A stretch of DNA of 64,000 bases from a virus (Duplodnaviria > Caudoviricetes): positions 32,001 through 96,000 of IMG/VR virus record IMGVR_UViG_2684623050_000001; one strand, 5' to 3'. The notes below the pieces were generated by a model. That model was not told where the DNA came from, did not search any database, and was given only the letters and a program-made list of their open reading frames with translations. The position numbers were made by a program, and so were the translations under genes. Positions 1 through 9,190 of the stretch are shown piece by piece (positions within the stretch are counted from its first letter, which is position 1; each line of letters starts with the position of its first letter).

Positions 1-2076
1 CAGGTCCTCGTAGCTGTCCTCGCGCTGGGCGATCTCCAGGTCGTAGATCGAAAGCTGGCGCTCGCGCTCGCGGCGCGCGTAGTCGGCCCGGATCTTCTCG
101 GTCGACAGACCCTTCGCGGCCGCGTCGGCGAGGGCCTCGTCCTGGGCCTTCGCCATGTCGGTGCCCCAGATGTCGATCTGGCGACGCTGGCTCTGGATCA
201 TCTCGTCGAAGATCTTGAGCTTCTTGTCCGCCTCGCGCTGGGCGAGGTTGGTCGAGAACTCGGCGCCCGCAGCCTCGATCAGGCGCTGACCGTCAGCGAG
301 CGTCTTGCGCTTGCCGGCGAGCTCCTCGTCGATCTCCTGGAGACGCTTGGCACGCGCGTTCGGGCCGATGCCGGCCGAGCCCGCATAGACGCCCTGGGTG
401 CGCACGCTCTCGCGGCGCTTCTCCAGAGCGTCGATCTCCTTCTGCTGGTCCTGCAGGTCCTTGATGAACAGCTTGAGCGAGGCCTTGGCCGCGGCGCCGC
501 CCAGCTCCTGAACCTCCTTCTTGGCGTCCTTCACCTTGGTGCCGAACAGGTCGAAGTAGGAGACGGCGAACGAGATGCCCGCGCCGACGGCGACCAGCAC
601 CGGGGCCAGCGCGGCGAGCGCGACCGCGGTGGCGAGAATCGCGGTGCGGGTCGCGGCGAGGCCGGCGCGCACGACGTTGAGCGCGTTGACGTAGGTGCCG
701 AGGCTGTTGGCGCCCGTGACGAAGCCCGTGCCGAGCTGCACGATCGCGGCGTAGGTGTTGGTCAGCACCGTCCGGGCGGTCTGGAGCGGCGAGAACATGC
801 CGTTCAGGATCACCTGGGCGAAGTTGGCCGCCGCACCCGCGGCCGAGCCGATGATGTTGACGCCACCGTTGAGCACGCCGATGAAGCCCGCCCACGCGGT
901 CTGCATCAGCCCGACGTTGCCGACGAACCGGGTCTGGGCCGCGAGCGCGTTGTTGTAGACGCTCGGGATCGTGCCGATCGCGATCTGGTAGGCCGTCCAC
1001 TGGGCGCGCGCGTTGCCCAGCGCCGTCATGACCGTGGTCAGGCCGCTCGTGACGACGGACAGCCCGAGGCCCGCGGCCAGCGTGTAGCCGACCGAGATGA
1101 TCTCGTCCTTGAACTGGACGACCTTCTGGATCACCCGGTCGAAGACGCCGATCGCCGTGGTGAGGCCGGAGCCCAGCGCGTCCGCGAAATTGCCGGCCGA
1201 CTTCGAGGTCAGGAAGTCGTTGAGCTCGACGGCCTTGTCCTTGACCGCCTGGAAGAAGCCGGTCTCGTTGCCGCCCACCCGGAGCTGCAGGTTCTGGAAG
1301 GAGTTGGCGATCGTGGCTGCGATACCGTTCCAGGACTGCATCTGAGCCTGGGCGGCGCCGCCGAAGGTGCGCTCCAGCTCGCCCTGGAGCAGGTTGATGC
1401 CGCGGCGCGCCTCGACGGTGCCGGTCGAGAGCTTCTGGACGAGCTCGCCGACGGTGACGCCCATGGAGCGGGCCATCAGCTCCGTGGCGCGCGGGACCGC
1501 CTCGCCGAGCTGCTGGCGCAGTTCTTCCATCTGGATGACGCCCTTGCCCGACATCTGCTGGATGGCGAGCGCGGCGCGCTTCATGACCTCTTCGGACCCT
1601 CCGAACGCCGCGACGGCGTTGACCAGGCCCTGCATCGAGCCCTTCATGGGATCGAGGCCGCCCGAGCGCAGCTTCACGAAGACGTCGGAGAGAGCCTGGA
1701 GCGAGTAGGGCGTCTGGCGCGCGAAGTCCCGGAGCTCCTGGACCTGCTGCTTGGCCTCCTTCAGCGGGTCGGCCGCCGAGGACATGCCCTTCATGAGGGT
1801 GGTGAGGCGCTCGAACTCGGCGTTGACCTTCACGATGTCGCCGGCCCAGCCGGTCGTCACGGTGCGGATGGCGCCAATCGCGGCGGATGCCATGCCCAGC
1901 GTGACGGTGACGTCGCGCAGGGTGCCGAGGAAGTTGGAGCTCGTGGACTGGAGCGCGTTGACCGACGTGATCGTCCGGCCGACGTTCTGCTGAAACTGCT
2001 GGACGCTCTCACCCGCGCGGATCATCCGCGTGGTGAACGAGCCATCGTCCAGTTCGATCTCTACGCGGATTGCCAT
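1..2076 (-). CDS. Tail tape measure protein (N-terminal part; runs off left edge)
   Basis: Manual translation from ATG at 2076: MAIRVEIELDDGSFTTR...FARQTPYSLQALSDVFVKLRSGG...AALAIQQMSGKGVIQMEELRQQLGEAVP, a tape-measure domain. Lies downstream of tail tube and chaperone genes. Absent from the ORF track because there is no stop in the window. Confidence 0.93.
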   Translation of the reverse strand, partial: MAIRVEIELDDGSFTTRMIRAGESVQQFQQNVGRTITSVNALQSTSSNFLGTLRDVTVTLGMASAAIGAIRTVTTGWAGDIVKVNAEFERLTTLMKGMSSAADPLKEAKQQVQELRDFARQTPYSLQALSDVFVKLRSGGLDPMKGSMQGLVNAVAAFGGSEEVMKRAALAIQQMSGKGVIQMEELRQQLGEAVPRATELMARSMGVTVGELVQKLSTGTVEARRGINLLQGELERTFGGAAQAQMQSWNGIAATIANSFQNLQLRVGGNETGFFQAVKDKAVELNDFLTSKSAGNFADALGSGLTTAIGVFDRVIQKVVQFKDEIISVGYTLAAGLGLSVVTSGLTTVMTALGNARAQWTAYQIAIGTIPSVYNNALAAQTRFVGNVGLMQTAWAGFIGVLNGGVNIIGSAAGAAANFAQVILNGMFSPLQTARTVLTNTYAAIVQLGTGFVTGANSLGTYVNALNVVRAGLAATRTAILATAVALAALAPVLVAVGAGISFAVSYFDLFGTKVKDAKKEVQELGGAAAKASLKLFIKDLQDQQKEIDALEKRRESVRTQGVYAGSAGIGPNARAKRLQEIDEELAGKRKTLADGQRLIEAAGAEFSTNLAQREADKKLKIFDEMIQSQRRQIDIWGTDMAKAQDEALADAAAKGLSTEKIRADYARRERERQLSIYDLEIAQREDSYEDL

Positions 2077-2086
2077 CCCACTCGCC

Positions 2087-2427
2087 TCAGAAAGACATTG
2101 CCTTCAGTTCGGCGAGACCTGCGCGGTCGAGCTCCTCTTCGTGTGCTGCCTTACCGGAGCCCGTCATCTTCACGACGGTGCCCATCTGCTGCTGAAGCTT
2201 GTCGAAGGTCTTGCTGTAAGCTTCGGGGCTCTGTGCAGCTGCCATCACCTGCAACAGCCGAAGATCGCGTTCGGCTGAGAGACGATCAATGTTCTTGGAG
2301 TAGAGCCAGAAGGTCCGAAGCGGGAGCTTCAAGACCTTCTGGTGCTCCATGCCGTAGAAGGCGGATACGCGGGTGACGAGGAAGCCGAAGTCGATCGCTT
2401 CTACTCGGCCGCTGCCGGAGGGTTTGC
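2087..2427 (-). CDS. Tail assembly chaperone C-terminal extension (gpT-like, probably reached by -1 frameshift)
   Basis: The -1 frame is open upstream of ATG 2350 (GRVEAIDFGFLVTRVSAFYGMEHQ...) and overlaps the end of 2401..2763. Position between tail tube and tape measure is canonical. Confidence 0.7.
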
Positions 2428-2763
2428 GGGAGCTTCCTTCGCCACGGCGTTCTGCACCGCCTTGGTGCCGTCGTCGTTCTGGGCCGCGGCCATCAGCTTG
2501 TTCAGGTTGGCGAGCGGCATGGCGCGCAGCATCTTGTCGGTCATGGTCGGGAAGGCCCGAAGGATGACCTCGATCACGGTGTTGACCTCGGCTTCGAGGT
2601 CGCCGTCCTGGGCGCCGAGCTTCTGCAGGAGCTTGGTGTTGGCGACGAAGCTCTCGACGGTCACGGGGACCAGTTCGTGCTCCTTGCCGCCGAGCTTGAC
2701 CACGAGCTTGCGCGGGAGATCCACGGCGTCGAGGTCGATGAAGGTGGTGTTGGTGTCGGCCAT
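2401..2763 (-). CDS. Tail assembly chaperone (gpG-like)
   Basis: MADTNTTFIDLDAV...; position directly after major tail gene; purine-rich SD-like GAAGGG upstream. Confidence 0.75.
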   Translation of the reverse strand: MADTNTTFIDLDAVDLPRKLVVKLGGKEHELVPVTVESFVANTKLLQKLGAQDGDLEAEVNTVIEVILRAFPTMTDKMLRAMPLANLNKLMAAAQNDDGTKAVQNAVAKEAPANPPAAAE

Positions 2764-2849
2764 GTTGCCCTTCTGGCGTGCGAAAACTGACCGTAGCGGG
2801 TCTGCCACGGTCAGTCAGTAGTGACTTATCCTTCTGCCGAAGGCAAGGC

Positions 2850-3368
2850 TCAGCCGGAGACTTCGTTGTCGCCGACGACGAAGAGGGTCTTCGTGGTCGG
2901 GTCCGGGTAGCCCTTGAAGGTCGTGTTGTAGATCCGCTCGTCTTCGAGCTTGTAGGCGAACTGGAGCGCGCCCGAGGTCGCGGCCAGCGGGATCGTGAAG
3001 TCGTCGGAGCGGTCGTCCTCGGCGTTCGCCTGCGGGTGGAACCGGAGCTCCTTGGCGATCTTGAGGAGCGACGTGCCGACGGCGTTGGTCACGACGACCT
3101 TCTTGTCGGAGCCGGTGCCGACGAGCTTCGCGCCCGGCATGACCTTCACGAGGTTCTCCAGGGTCGTCTCGGCGAGCGGCACCTTGGCCGTCACGGTGCG
3201 ACCCATGACCACTTCGTCGATCGGCGACTTGCCGAACTGGTCGACCTGGACCTCGTGGGTCTCGGTCTGCACTTCGACCTCGACGCCGCCCTTGGTGTAG
3301 CCGAGATCCTCGTCGCCGAAATACACCAGGCAGACGCCCAGCTTCACGTTCTTGGTGTCAGAAGCCAT
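2850..3368 (-). CDS. Major tail (tube) protein
   Basis: DLGYTKGGVEVEV...VDQFG...VKVPLAE-type siphovirus tail tube motifs; SD AAGGAG. Confidence 0.85.
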   Translation of the reverse strand: MASDTKNVKLGVCLVYFGDEDLGYTKGGVEVEVQTETHEVQVDQFGKSPIDEVVMGRTVTAKVPLAETTLENLVKVMPGAKLVGTGSDKKVVVTNAVGTSLLKIAKELRFHPQANAEDDRSDDFTIPLAATSGALQFAYKLEDERIYNTTFKGYPDPTTKTLFVVGDNEVSG

Positions 3369-3452
3369 TTTCCCTACTCCTTGGTCTGGGCGTCAATCAG
3401 CCCTGACTGACCACATCAGACATGCGATGTCAGTCAGTGATGACTGACAATT

Positions 3453-3854
3453 CTAAAGCAGCACATAGGAGGCGTCCAGATTGATAGACCACTCCTTTCC
3501 ATTTCCGTCCGAGCGCCGGTAGGTAATCGGCAGGGTCTGGGGCAGCAGATGGTTGATCCGCATCACCAGCCGCCCCTCGCTGTCCTTGAACTCGCGCTTG
3601 TAGAGCGTGAGCGCCTTGGAGAGCCGGCCGGCGAGCGGCCAGCCCGTCTCGTCCTTCTGGGCCCGGACGATCGCCTGGAGCGCCCGGCCGCGGTAGTAGC
3701 CCGGCAGCTCGTGGCAGATCTTGATGCCTTCGAGCGGCGTGCGCAGCAGGATGCCGACCTTGGTGTTGGCCGGCATCTCGTGCTCGAACAGGTCCTTGCC
3801 GACGGTGCCCAGCCCTTCCGCGGCCAGGTAGTCGGTGATGCAGTCGATCCTCAT
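3453..3854 (-). CDS. Tail terminator / minor virion protein
   Basis: 133 aa, YLAAEGLGTVGKDLF motif; position before tail tube. Confidence 0.65.
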   Translation of the reverse strand: MRIDCITDYLAAEGLGTVGKDLFEHEMPANTKVGILLRTPLEGIKICHELPGYYRGRALQAIVRAQKDETGWPLAGRLSKALTLYKREFKDSEGRLVMRINHLLPQTLPITYRRSDGNGKEWSINLDASYVLL

Positions 3855-4294
3855 CCCTTGCTCCCAATCACGACGGCCTGAATGACGGCCTTCTCCAGCT
3901 TGGCCTTCTGATCCTCGACGGCGCGCGTCAGGTAGTGGCTCCCGATCTGCCGGCCGGGGTTGGCGTCGCGCTTGGCCGCGGTGCCGGGGCCGGGCCGGGC
4001 ATCGTCGTAGTTCTCGTGGACTTCCATGGCGTATTCATCGACGTCCACGCCGTTGACCTGCCCGCCCGCGACGATCGAGATCGAGAGCCGGCGCCGCAGA
4101 CCCGTGTAGTTGACCTCCTTGCGGATCGACTCCTCCAGATTGTGCTTGTCGACCGGGGCGTTCAGCTTGGCCTCGCGCACGATGGTGTCGGCGCCGCGGT
4201 GCATGGTCTTGCGGGCGTTCTCCGGCACCTTCTCGGCGACGTTGCGCAGCATCGCCATCACGCCCTCGAAGCCCGAGGTCTTGAGCTTAAACAT
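3851..4294 (-). CDS. HK97 gp10-like neck/tail-completion protein
   Basis: AKLNAPVDKHNLEESI...YAMEVHE...YLTRA motifs; true start MFKLKTS at 4294. Confidence 0.75.
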   Translation of the reverse strand: MFKLKTSGFEGVMAMLRNVAEKVPENARKTMHRGADTIVREAKLNAPVDKHNLEESIRKEVNYTGLRRRLSISIVAGGQVNGVDVDEYAMEVHENYDDARPGPGTAAKRDANPGRQIGSHYLTRAVEDQKAKLEKAVIQAVVIGSKG

Positions 4295-4643
4295 CTTCGC
4301 CCTCCCACAGGACGAGCAGGGCCTCGTAGTGGTCGAGGCTGCCGAACACGTCGAGGCGCGGCTCCAGGCTCTCGACGCGCAGCGTCTGGCCCATGATGAC
4401 GAAGCGGTCGCCCAGCCGCGGTGCGGTGTCGACCTCGAACAGGATCTTGGCGCTCGCCGTGTTCTCCTCGGCCGCGCCGCGGGACGCGGAGCCGTCGGTG
4501 CGCACGGACGTGATCGCCACGTTGCGCAGCAGGTGGATGACGCCGACGCGCGCGGGCGCCGGCGCGCCGTAGATCGGCTCACCGGTGCGATTGTGGCCGG
4601 TCAGGCGCGAGAGCATGCCTTCCGCGGTGCCGGTGAACCTCAT
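4287..4643 (-). CDS. Head closure (head-tail joining) protein
   Basis: ~118 aa beta-rich protein (PRLGDRFVIMGQTLRVESLEP); synteny. Confidence 0.6.
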   Translation of the reverse strand: MRFTGTAEGMLSRLTGHNRTGEPIYGAPAPARVGVIHLLRNVAITSVRTDGSASRGAAEENTASAKILFEVDTAPRLGDRFVIMGQTLRVESLEPRLDVFGSLDHYEALLVLWEGEDV

Positions 4644-5419
4644 GGGACGCTCCGATGGATGCCCGGCACGACGAGGATCGCCTCGGCGTTCGGGTGGAAG
4701 ATGTCGTTGCGGACCTCGCCGTAGGCGGGCAGCGACGAATTCGAGGACAGGGCGAGCTCCATCCCGTGGACGCCGGCCTTGCCGTGAGCGTGCGCGACCT
4801 CGGCCGTCTCGATCCCGTGCTCGGCCAGCATGCAGAGCGTGACCTCGTTGAAGGCCGAGAGCAGCGACTGGCGCCAGGTCGAGCGCACGAACAGGCGCGA
4901 GGGCCACTTGCCGTTGCGCCGGTCCCGGAAATGGAAGGCCGGGGTCTCGTTCGAGCCGATCCGGTGCTGAATGAGCGCGGCCCGCTCGCTGATGCCCTGG
5001 GCGGCCGCGGCGATCTTCACCTGCAGGGCCGTCTGCCGCAGCGACTGCTGAAGCTGGGCGATGTCGCGCTCAATCTGAATCGTGATCTCGCGCACGAGAT
5101 AGCCCTGCGTCGCGCTCAGGGTCTCGCTGGCGTGCGCCGGCAGATCGTCAGCATCATCGACGCCCAGATCGCGCGACGCTGCCCTAAGAGCTTCGTGCGC
5201 GATCGTGGCGATCTTCTCGGCGACGATGCCCGTCTCGGTGTCGAGGAAGGCACGGGCGAGGTTGTAGGCCTCCTCCCCTGCCCGCTCGATCATCCGCGGC
5301 GTGCCGAAGTCGAGGGCGCCGAGCGCGTCGGCGTAGATCAGGGACCAGGCGTCCACCAGGCCCTGGTAGCGGGCACCCGCGGCGTCGGCCGCGGGCGTCA
5401 TCAGGTCGGTCGTAATCAT
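4640..5419 (-). CDS. Virion morphogenesis / minor head protein (MuF-like C-terminus)
   Basis: 259 aa; DRRNGKW and FHPN motifs recall MuF-type minor head proteins; in head-tail operon. Confidence 0.45.
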   Translation of the reverse strand: MITTDLMTPAADAAGARYQGLVDAWSLIYADALGALDFGTPRMIERAGEEAYNLARAFLDTETGIVAEKIATIAHEALRAASRDLGVDDADDLPAHASETLSATQGYLVREITIQIERDIAQLQQSLRQTALQVKIAAAAQGISERAALIQHRIGSNETPAFHFRDRRNGKWPSRLFVRSTWRQSLLSAFNEVTLCMLAEHGIETAEVAHAHGKAGVHGMELALSSNSSLPAYGEVRNDIFHPNAEAILVVPGIHRSVP

Positions 5420-6216
5420 GCGCGGGTCGTGACCATCCGGAGCTCGACGTAGCCGTTGAGCTGGTCAAGGGTCTCGCGGGCGATGCCGAGATCGAGCGGC
5501 GCGCCCGAGCGGAACATCGCCGAGCTCTCGCCGACGGTGCGCGACAGCAGGCCCTGGCGCCGGAAGTCGCTGGGCTGGCCGGGCATCAGGATCGCGTTGG
5601 CCTCGACCACCTGCGCGCGCCGCAGCGCCTTCTTGAACCGGTCCGGGAACTCGGCCCAGCGCTCCTCCGTCATCACGGGGAACTCGCGCGGGGTGACGCG
5701 CCAGGAGCAGCCGACGATGCGGTCGCGCCAGCCCTCCTCCTCGGCGTCCTCGCGCACGAAGTAGCCGAGCCGCGTCAGCCGCTGGTAGGCTTCGAGCAGC
5801 GCGGACTGCTTGGTCTCCTTGGTCGCGCGGGCGAAGGCGTCGAGCTTCACCATCTGGGCGGCCGTCAGCTCGGCGCCGGCTAGGCTCTGGAAGGAGTTCT
5901 TGAGCGGCTGGAGCTGGAGCGCCGCGCGCACCAGCCAGGTCTCGTCCTTACGCACGGTGCCGCGGGCCGTGTCGAACTCGATCTCCAGGGTCCGGGCGGC
6001 CATGGCGAGCCCGGCCGGGAGCGTGTTGGCCGCGGCCGGGATCTCGATTGCGATCTCGTTCTCGGGGATCTCGCTCACGAACACGGGATCGAGGACCACG
6101 CGGCCCTCGTCGTCGACGACCGTGTAGGTGATCCCGGTCGGCGAGATCTTCTCGCCGCTGCCGTTCTCCAGCGGCACGAGCACGATGTAGGCCTCGCCGG
6201 CCGGGATGTTGCGCAT
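5416..6216 (-). CDS. Head-tail adaptor protein
   Basis: True start MRNIPAGE at 6216; C-terminal FPDRFKKALRRAQVVEA...SRTVGESS adaptor-like motif. Confidence 0.6.
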   Translation of the reverse strand: MRNIPAGEAYIVLVPLENGSGEKISPTGITYTVVDDEGRVVLDPVFVSEIPENEIAIEIPAAANTLPAGLAMAARTLEIEFDTARGTVRKDETWLVRAALQLQPLKNSFQSLAGAELTAAQMVKLDAFARATKETKQSALLEAYQRLTRLGYFVREDAEEEGWRDRIVGCSWRVTPREFPVMTEERWAEFPDRFKKALRRAQVVEANAILMPGQPSDFRRQGLLSRTVGESSAMFRSGAPLDLGIARETLDQLNGYVELRMVTTRA

Positions 6217-6869
6217 TACTCCGGCGCCTTCTCGTTCTCGTCGGACTGCTCGGTGCCCTTGGCAGCGTCGGCCTCGGGCTGCTCGGTCGGGGTCTCGTCG
6301 GCATCGCCCTCGGCGACGACATCGGGCTCCTCGGGAGCGGGCGTCTCGGGCTCGCGCGTGGTCTCGGAGCTGGCAGCCAGCGCGTCGGCCTGGGCCTTGA
6401 GCTTGGATTCGGCCTTCAGGATCTCCTTGACCAGCTCGTTGATCGAGCGGCCCTTGACCTTCAGCACGTCGCCGATCTCGCGCAGCCCGCCGATGCCCTT
6501 CTTCTCGGCGATCGCTTCGAGCTCCTCCTTGGAGTGGAACGTGAGCGCGAGCGGGTCGAGCTTGGGCTCCTTGGCCTTCTTGGCGTCGGCCTTGGCCTCG
6601 GCCTTCACGTCCTCGTCGCTGGCGCGCGCGAGCGGGGTCAGGACCGGGGCCGGGACGATGGCCGCGCCGTCCATGTTGTCCTGCAGGCCGGGCTTGCCGA
6701 GGCTGTTGCCGTCCTCGTCGACCTCCTCGACCGCGATCGTCGCCGCGATCACGACGAGCTGGCGCTTGGACACCAGGTCGACGGACACGCCGTCCGCGAA
6801 CTCGACCATACCGAAATCGCCGTTGAAGCCTTCCCAGCCGGGCTGGGTGATCTTGATCCGCTTCGCCAT
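6216..6869 (-). CDS. Hypothetical virion-cluster protein with helical LEM/Rho-N-like motif and acidic tail
   Basis: MAKRIKITQPGWEGFNG...; SKEELEAIAEKKGIGGLREIG...RSINELVKEIL; good coding codon usage. Confidence 0.55.
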   Translation of the reverse strand: MAKRIKITQPGWEGFNGDFGMVEFADGVSVDLVSKRQLVVIAATIAVEEVDEDGNSLGKPGLQDNMDGAAIVPAPVLTPLARASDEDVKAEAKADAKKAKEPKLDPLALTFHSKEELEAIAEKKGIGGLREIGDVLKVKGRSINELVKEILKAESKLKAQADALAASSETTREPETPAPEEPDVVAEGDADETPTEQPEADAAKGTEQSDENEKAPE

Positions 6870-6871
6870 TG

Positions 6872-7132
6872 TCAGGCGCCTCCAATCATCTGCTGGAGCT
6901 CGCCGCGCTTGTCGGCCGTCGCGAGCTGGGTGAAGCCGCCGACATGGGTCTCGCCCACGAAGATCTGCGGCAGGGTGTCGAACTGGCCCATGCGGGCGAT
7001 CAGCTCGTCGCGGGCGGCCGGGCTCTCGTTCACGTCGGAATAGGCGAAGGTGAGCTTGCGGGCTTCGGCGAGCTGGACGGCGCGAGAACACCAGATGCAG
7101 TTCTTGCGGCCGTAGATGCGGATGGTCTGCAT
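6872..7132 (-). CDS. grx: Glutaredoxin
   Basis: CIWC active site, TLPQIF cis-Pro motif, HVGGF. Confidence 0.9.
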   Translation of the reverse strand: MQTIRIYGRKNCIWCSRAVQLAEARKLTFAYSDVNESPAARDELIARMGQFDTLPQIFVGETHVGGFTQLATADKRGELQQMIGGA

Positions 7133-7165
7133 CGTGGTCCTCTGTCAGGGGGTTGATACGAAGAA

Positions 7166-7187
7166 GGGCGGGGATCTCTCCCCGCCC
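7166..7187 (-). terminator. Intrinsic terminator after major capsid gene
   Basis: GGGCGGGGA-N4-TCCCCGCCC hairpin followed by TTCTT on the minus strand. Confidence 0.65.
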
Positions 7188-7222
7188 CTCTTTGGTAAGT
7201 CAGTGGTGACTGACCGTCCAGA

Positions 7223-8125
7223 TTAAACGTTGGTGATACCCTTGAGACGGGCGACCGAGTGCGTGGCGCGCAGGACGGTGCCGGCATACCACTTCAGACG
7301 CCAGCGCTGGGCGTCCTTGCCTTCGAGCTTGCCGATCTCCTCGACACGCAGGCCGGCAGAGGCGCCGCCGTAGATGCCGTGGAAGCCGTCGGCCTCGTTG
7401 AGGCGCAGAGCGTAGATCGAGCAGGTGTTCTCGGCCGTGCCCTGGGTCTCGTCGGCGTTCATGTAGTCGTTGATGATGACCGGCGTGCCATCGAACGCCG
7501 GAATCGGGCGGCCGAAGTTCGGGATCATGATCGTGGTGGCGTCGTTGCCGCCCATGGCGCGAAGCAGCTGCTTGATGGCGCGCCAGGTGCCCTTGCGCAT
7601 CATCAGGACGTCGCAGCCGTTCTTCACCGCGTCGCGGAGCTCGTCGAGCATGGTGAAGGTGACGGCCGAGCCGTTGAGGCCGGCGACGAGGGTCTGCTTG
7701 GCCGGCACGAGCTTCTTGATGCCGTCGAACTCCTTGCGGTTCACCGCGGAGTCGCCGTTCACCAGGGTGCGACGGAACTGACGGCCGAGGGCCTTCGCCT
7801 TGGCGGCCAGCTGGATCGCCAGCTGCGGGTTGGTCTCGCTCTGGGTCTCCAGGATGAAGTTGTCCAGATCGACGTGGCCCGCGAGGATGCGGAGCTTGGC
7901 CTGGACCTCATCGAAGGTCGCGGCGCCCTCGGGGATATCCTCGTAGGGGTCGAGGAACGCGCCCTCGGAGAGCTCCTTCTCGCGCACGTAGTCGTAGGCC
8001 TTGCCGTTCACGAACATGAACGGAACCAGGGCGAACATCTCGTCCTGGTCGATGATCTCTTCGATGACGCCGCGCTCCAGGTAGTCCTGGGACAGCTTTT
8101 CCGCCTCTTCACGAAGCAGGGGCAT
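7223..8125 (-). CDS. Major capsid protein (HK97 fold)
   Basis: 300 aa, NGDSAVNRKEFDGIKK, WRLKWYAG; follows scaffold and portal. Confidence 0.92.
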   Translation of the reverse strand: MPLLREEAEKLSQDYLERGVIEEIIDQDEMFALVPFMFVNGKAYDYVREKELSEGAFLDPYEDIPEGAATFDEVQAKLRILAGHVDLDNFILETQSETNPQLAIQLAAKAKALGRQFRRTLVNGDSAVNRKEFDGIKKLVPAKQTLVAGLNGSAVTFTMLDELRDAVKNGCDVLMMRKGTWRAIKQLLRAMGGNDATTIMIPNFGRPIPAFDGTPVIINDYMNADETQGTAENTCSIYALRLNEADGFHGIYGGASAGLRVEEIGKLEGKDAQRWRLKWYAGTVLRATHSVARLKGITNV

Positions 8126-8248
8126 TTCACGTTCTCCTTACTTGATCCGAGGCTCGTCGGGATCAGTCAGTGGTGACTGACAAATTCTAACCCGACGAGC
8201 CAAGCCACTCCAAGCGGAAAAAGTCAGTAGTGACTTATTTTTCCGCGC

Positions 8249-9109
8249 TTAAGCGGACTTCTTTCCGTTCCGGGCCGCGAGAATGGCCGCGATACGGGCA
8301 GAGCCCTTCAGTTCACCATCGCCGATCTTGTCGGAGACCTTGGTGTTGTCGGTGGTATTGGACCGTCCGCCCGGAGCCAGCTTGCCCTTGAGCAGGCGCT
8401 CCTTGTCCGGATGGGCCTCGACCAGCTTCGCGATCGCCGTCTCGAACGGGACCGCCTTGCCCTGGGCGTCGACCAGCTGCGTGCGCTCGGAAGCGCCCTT
8501 GGGCTTGTCGTAGGCCACGGGCACGCCGTTGACCGTCTCGAAGTGGGCGCCGAACTCACGACGGGCGACCGAGGGCGGCAGCACGAGGTTGTCGGCGATG
8601 AACTTCGAGTTCAGGAACGAGGCGCCGACCGTCAGCTCCTCGATCGTCGCCAGCGCGGCAGCCAGCGCGGTGTCCTTCTGGCCGAGGAGGTCGTCCTTGG
8701 CCTTCAGGTCCTTCGTGTGCTGCTCGCCCATGGCCGCCTTCACCCGGTCGAAGTCGCCGCGCTGCTCGGCGAGCGCGAGCTCGTCCGCCTTGCGCTTGTC
8801 CTCGGCAGCGGCCGCATCCGTCACGAGCTTGCGCACCGCTTCGGGATCGAGCCCTTCCCAGGCCTTCAGCTGGCCTGTGAGCGTCTCGATCTGGGTCTTC
8901 TGCTTCATGTTCTCCTTGAGCAGCTTGGCGTCAGCATCGCTGGTGCCGGGCTTGGGCTCGGGAGCGGGCGGGTCCTGGGGCTTCGGCTCCGGCTTGGGCT
9001 CGGGAGCGCCGCCCTCGTTGGGCTTGTCGAAGACGGGCCGGGAGTGGCCGAAGGGATGGGTGAAGATCGAGTGCAGCGGGAAGCTGCGGGCGGTCTTGGT
9101 CACGTTCAT
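8249..9109 (-). CDS. Capsid scaffolding protein
   Basis: Pro-rich N-terminus, coiled coil, position between portal and major capsid gene. Confidence 0.75.
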   Translation of the reverse strand: MNVTKTARSFPLHSIFTHPFGHSRPVFDKPNEGGAPEPKPEPKPQDPPAPEPKPGTSDADAKLLKENMKQKTQIETLTGQLKAWEGLDPEAVRKLVTDAAAAEDKRKADELALAEQRGDFDRVKAAMGEQHTKDLKAKDDLLGQKDTALAAALATIEELTVGASFLNSKFIADNLVLPPSVARREFGAHFETVNGVPVAYDKPKGASERTQLVDAQGKAVPFETAIAKLVEAHPDKERLLKGKLAPGGRSNTTDNTKVSDKIGDGELKGSARIAAILAARNGKKSA

Positions 9110-9190
9110 GGTTCGCTCTCCTCTCGGCACAGTCTCTCGGCCGGTCGGGTTGAAGGGGCGCCGCAGTCTCTCGGGCGCCGATGGTGCGGC

